From positions 12,566,549 to 12,630,548 of the forward strand of contig OZ316896.1 in the NCBI GenBank assembly GCA_973895155.1: DNA of 64,000 bases, given 5' to 3'. Under the pieces are notes generated by a model. The model was not told the DNA's origin. It made no database searches and was given only the letters and a program-made list of their open reading frames with translations. The position numbers and the translations under genes are program-made. The stretch comes from Marsupella aquatica. Its lineage: Eukaryota > Plantae > Marchantiophyta. The first letter of the stretch is position 1. Every line of letters begins with the position of its first letter. Shown piece after piece: positions 61,627 through 64,000 of this stretch.

Positions 61627-64000
61627 TGTCTACGTTGAGAGTGTTGGCGCGGGGCAAGCGCCCAGCCCCACCCCACACTTCTCCCCCGTCCTCCCCTCCC
61701 CCTCGTGGCCGTCTTCGTGTTTGCTCTTCTTCACTGGATCTCTCTCATCTTCGTGATGATCCCATGCCCGATGCTCTGCCAGTCCCCCCCGTCTACTGCC
61801 CACCCCATCGTCGCCCTGGCTCCTCTCCCCACCCCATTCCAACTCCACCCATTCATCATCCTCCTCCGGCCTCCTCGTCCACATCTGTTCCACCCCCACC
61901 TCCTGTCCAGTCTTTCCCTGCTCCCTCCCCGGACGAGCGTCCCCTGCATACTGTCCTGACTGTGGATGGGTTGGCATCTCCCTCCCTCATCATTGCGGGC
62001 GGGGCCGGTGCCATCGTCGCCAGCAAGCACAATCCCAGCCTCAGCCCCCTATTGACCCGGTTAGCTCTGCCCCTCCCTCCTTGGAGGCTCCCGAGCAGGC
62101 ATGGAGTTGGGTTCGCACTCTAGACCCCCTTCCAGCCTACCATCCAGGGTACATTAGACCTCGTCTTTATAACCACATTCCTCTAGCGCTGCGCCCTATA
62201 GTTCGGTCCTCCTTGTTGCAACTCATGCAGCTTATCTTGGCGCATCCTATGGAGGTCTCCTATTGGTCTTTACTGATGCTTTTCCACAGTGGACTCTTAC
62301 CCTCCCTAGTCATGGTGGTCGTGTGGGTCACCGTGAGACTGCCTCTCGTATCCATCGTTTTTTGCGGGGAGATTGGGAGCAGCTTCAGGAAGAGTACTTT
62401 CTTCGCGCCCGGTCTTTTACCGCCCGTGCTTTGTCTGACCCAGCTCGCCACTCTCATCCCCCTGAGCATAGACGTCTTCGTCGCTCTTGTCGTTTAGCCC
62501 AGGCTGGTGAATATCGTCGGGCTGTCCAGGCCCTTTCTCCCACCACACCAGCCCCCCCTGGCGAGGTCACCTCGTTGGCCCTTCAGGATCTCCATCCGCA
62601 GCCCCATGATCAGCTCCCTTTGTTTGTCGAGGATTTTGAGCCTGAGGAGGATCTTCAGTTTAGTAGGGACCACTTCACCTATGCCTTCCTCCATGCCCCG
62701 CGTTGTTCTGCTGGTGGCCCCTCCGGCTATGTCTTTGAGCATTTTCGTGATTTATTCCCCCCTGAGGATCCTCAGTTTGGTTTTCCAGTTTTCTTCTCCT
62801 TTTGCCAGTGTATTGCAGCCGGTCGTTTGCCTCCTCCCGTCTCTCGGCTCTTGAGCGCTTCTCGTTTATTGGCCATGGCTAAGTCTTCACCGGGTGTTCG
62901 GCCTGTTCGGCCAATTGCTATTGGGGAGGTTTTTCTTCGTCTTCTGTCTCGCACACTTTCCTCACAGTTTCGCTCTGCACTATCGGATCATCTCTCTCCA
63001 CATCAGTTTGCAGTTGGTGTTCCTGGCGGTTGTGAGACGGTTATTGCGGGTATTCGAGCTACATTGGACCTCCACCCTGATTGGGTTGTCCTCCAGGTTG
63101 ATGTCTCTAACGCTTTTAATACGGTTTCTCAGGCAGCCATTTTTCGTGCTTTGAGGGCGGCGGATCCAGACATCCAGTCCCTGATCCCCTTTGTCTGTTG
63201 TTTTTATGGACTCGAGGCCCCACTCTTCTATAGTCATCACTCCTCTACAGGTGTGTATACCACTCTTTCCTCTGCAGAAGGTACACGTCAGGGTGACCCT
63301 TTGGGTGGGCCTCTTTTTGCCATTGCCCATTTTACAGCTTTACGGGAAGCTGCCATGGCCCACCCCCAGTGTATCTTCCCCTCCCTTTCAGATGACACCC
63401 ACATCATTGGTCCTCCTGCCGCGGTTACTTCTGCCCTCGCCACTCTTTCCACCCATTTGATGGGCCTCGGTTTACGAGTTCAGCCTGTGAAGAGTCGTGC
63501 ATGGAGTCCAGCTGGGTTACCCTCTGCTCTTGTGCTTCCCCCAGGGTTCTTACGTCCAGCCGATGGTCTTCGGGTCCTTGGCTCCCCAGTCGGTACCGCC
63601 TCCTTTTGCTCATCTTTCATCGCTGACTCTATACAGGCTGCCTTAGCCCATACTCCTATGCTCCCTAAGTTAGCAGATTCTCAGGTAGCATTTGGGATGT
63701 TGTTGAGGTGCATCCACCCTCGTTAGTCTTATCTGGCTAGGGCGCATCCCCCTACCGAGGATCTTTGTCTCCACCTTCGAGCATTTGATGTCTCCATTCG
63801 TCAGACCCTGGCCTCTCTTTTAGGTCCGGGTACGTTGCTCTCATCTCCGTGGCTTCATCGACAACTCAGTCTTCCTATTTTGCAGGGTGGTTTTGGGCTT
63901 ACTTCCATTGAGAGCCTTGCACCTTTGGCCTTTTTGGGTGCATGGGCGGCCGCCTTCTCGTTGTTGGCCGATCGTTTTCTTATTGAGGATCGCCCTTTTT
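61627..64000 (+). mobile_element. CRE/SLACS-clade non-LTR retrotransposon ORF (reverse transcriptase), disrupted and cut off by the window end
   Basis: RT motifs VRPIAIGEVFLRL, HQFAVGVPGGCE, LQVDVSNAFNTV, SSAEGTRQGDPLGGPLFA and FPSLSDDTHIIGP, plus GLRVLGSPVG and the post-RT QLSLPILQGGFGL..APLAFLGAWA. Frameshifts near 62080 and 62283, and an in-frame TAG at 63724-63726, after which homologous-looking sequence (SYLARAHPP...) continues. No APE domain is visible upstream. Confidence 0.85.

Overview
Eukaryotic nuclear DNA from a land plant, probably a non-seed plant such as a bryophyte (inferred from gene content, GT-AG introns and the CRE-type LINE). There are four intact genes, all on the + strand. 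They are a 13-exon NAD(P)HX epimerase / pyridoxamine 5'-phosphate oxidase fusion (PDX3/PPOX1, 2356-6837), an intronless F-box/kelch-like protein (11667-12869), an intronless half-size ABCG transporter (37372-39798) and mitochondrial cysteine desulfurase NFS1 (51374-52834). A frameshifted CRE/SLACS-type non-LTR retrotransposon runs off the right end. The main structure the ORF track misses is an old inverted segmental duplication, about 16.1-24.9 kb mirrored by about 29.9-39.8 kb. Its left arm holds a heavily decayed, insertion-riddled ABCG pseudogene on the - strand. The roughly 4 kb non-coding upstream parts of the two arms still align well by eye and share a candidate small intron and short ORF. 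The rest is MITEs, tRNA-derived SINE-like pieces, a probable solo LTR, tandem repeats and TE debris. All alignments were made by eye, so boundaries are approximate and no identities were computed.
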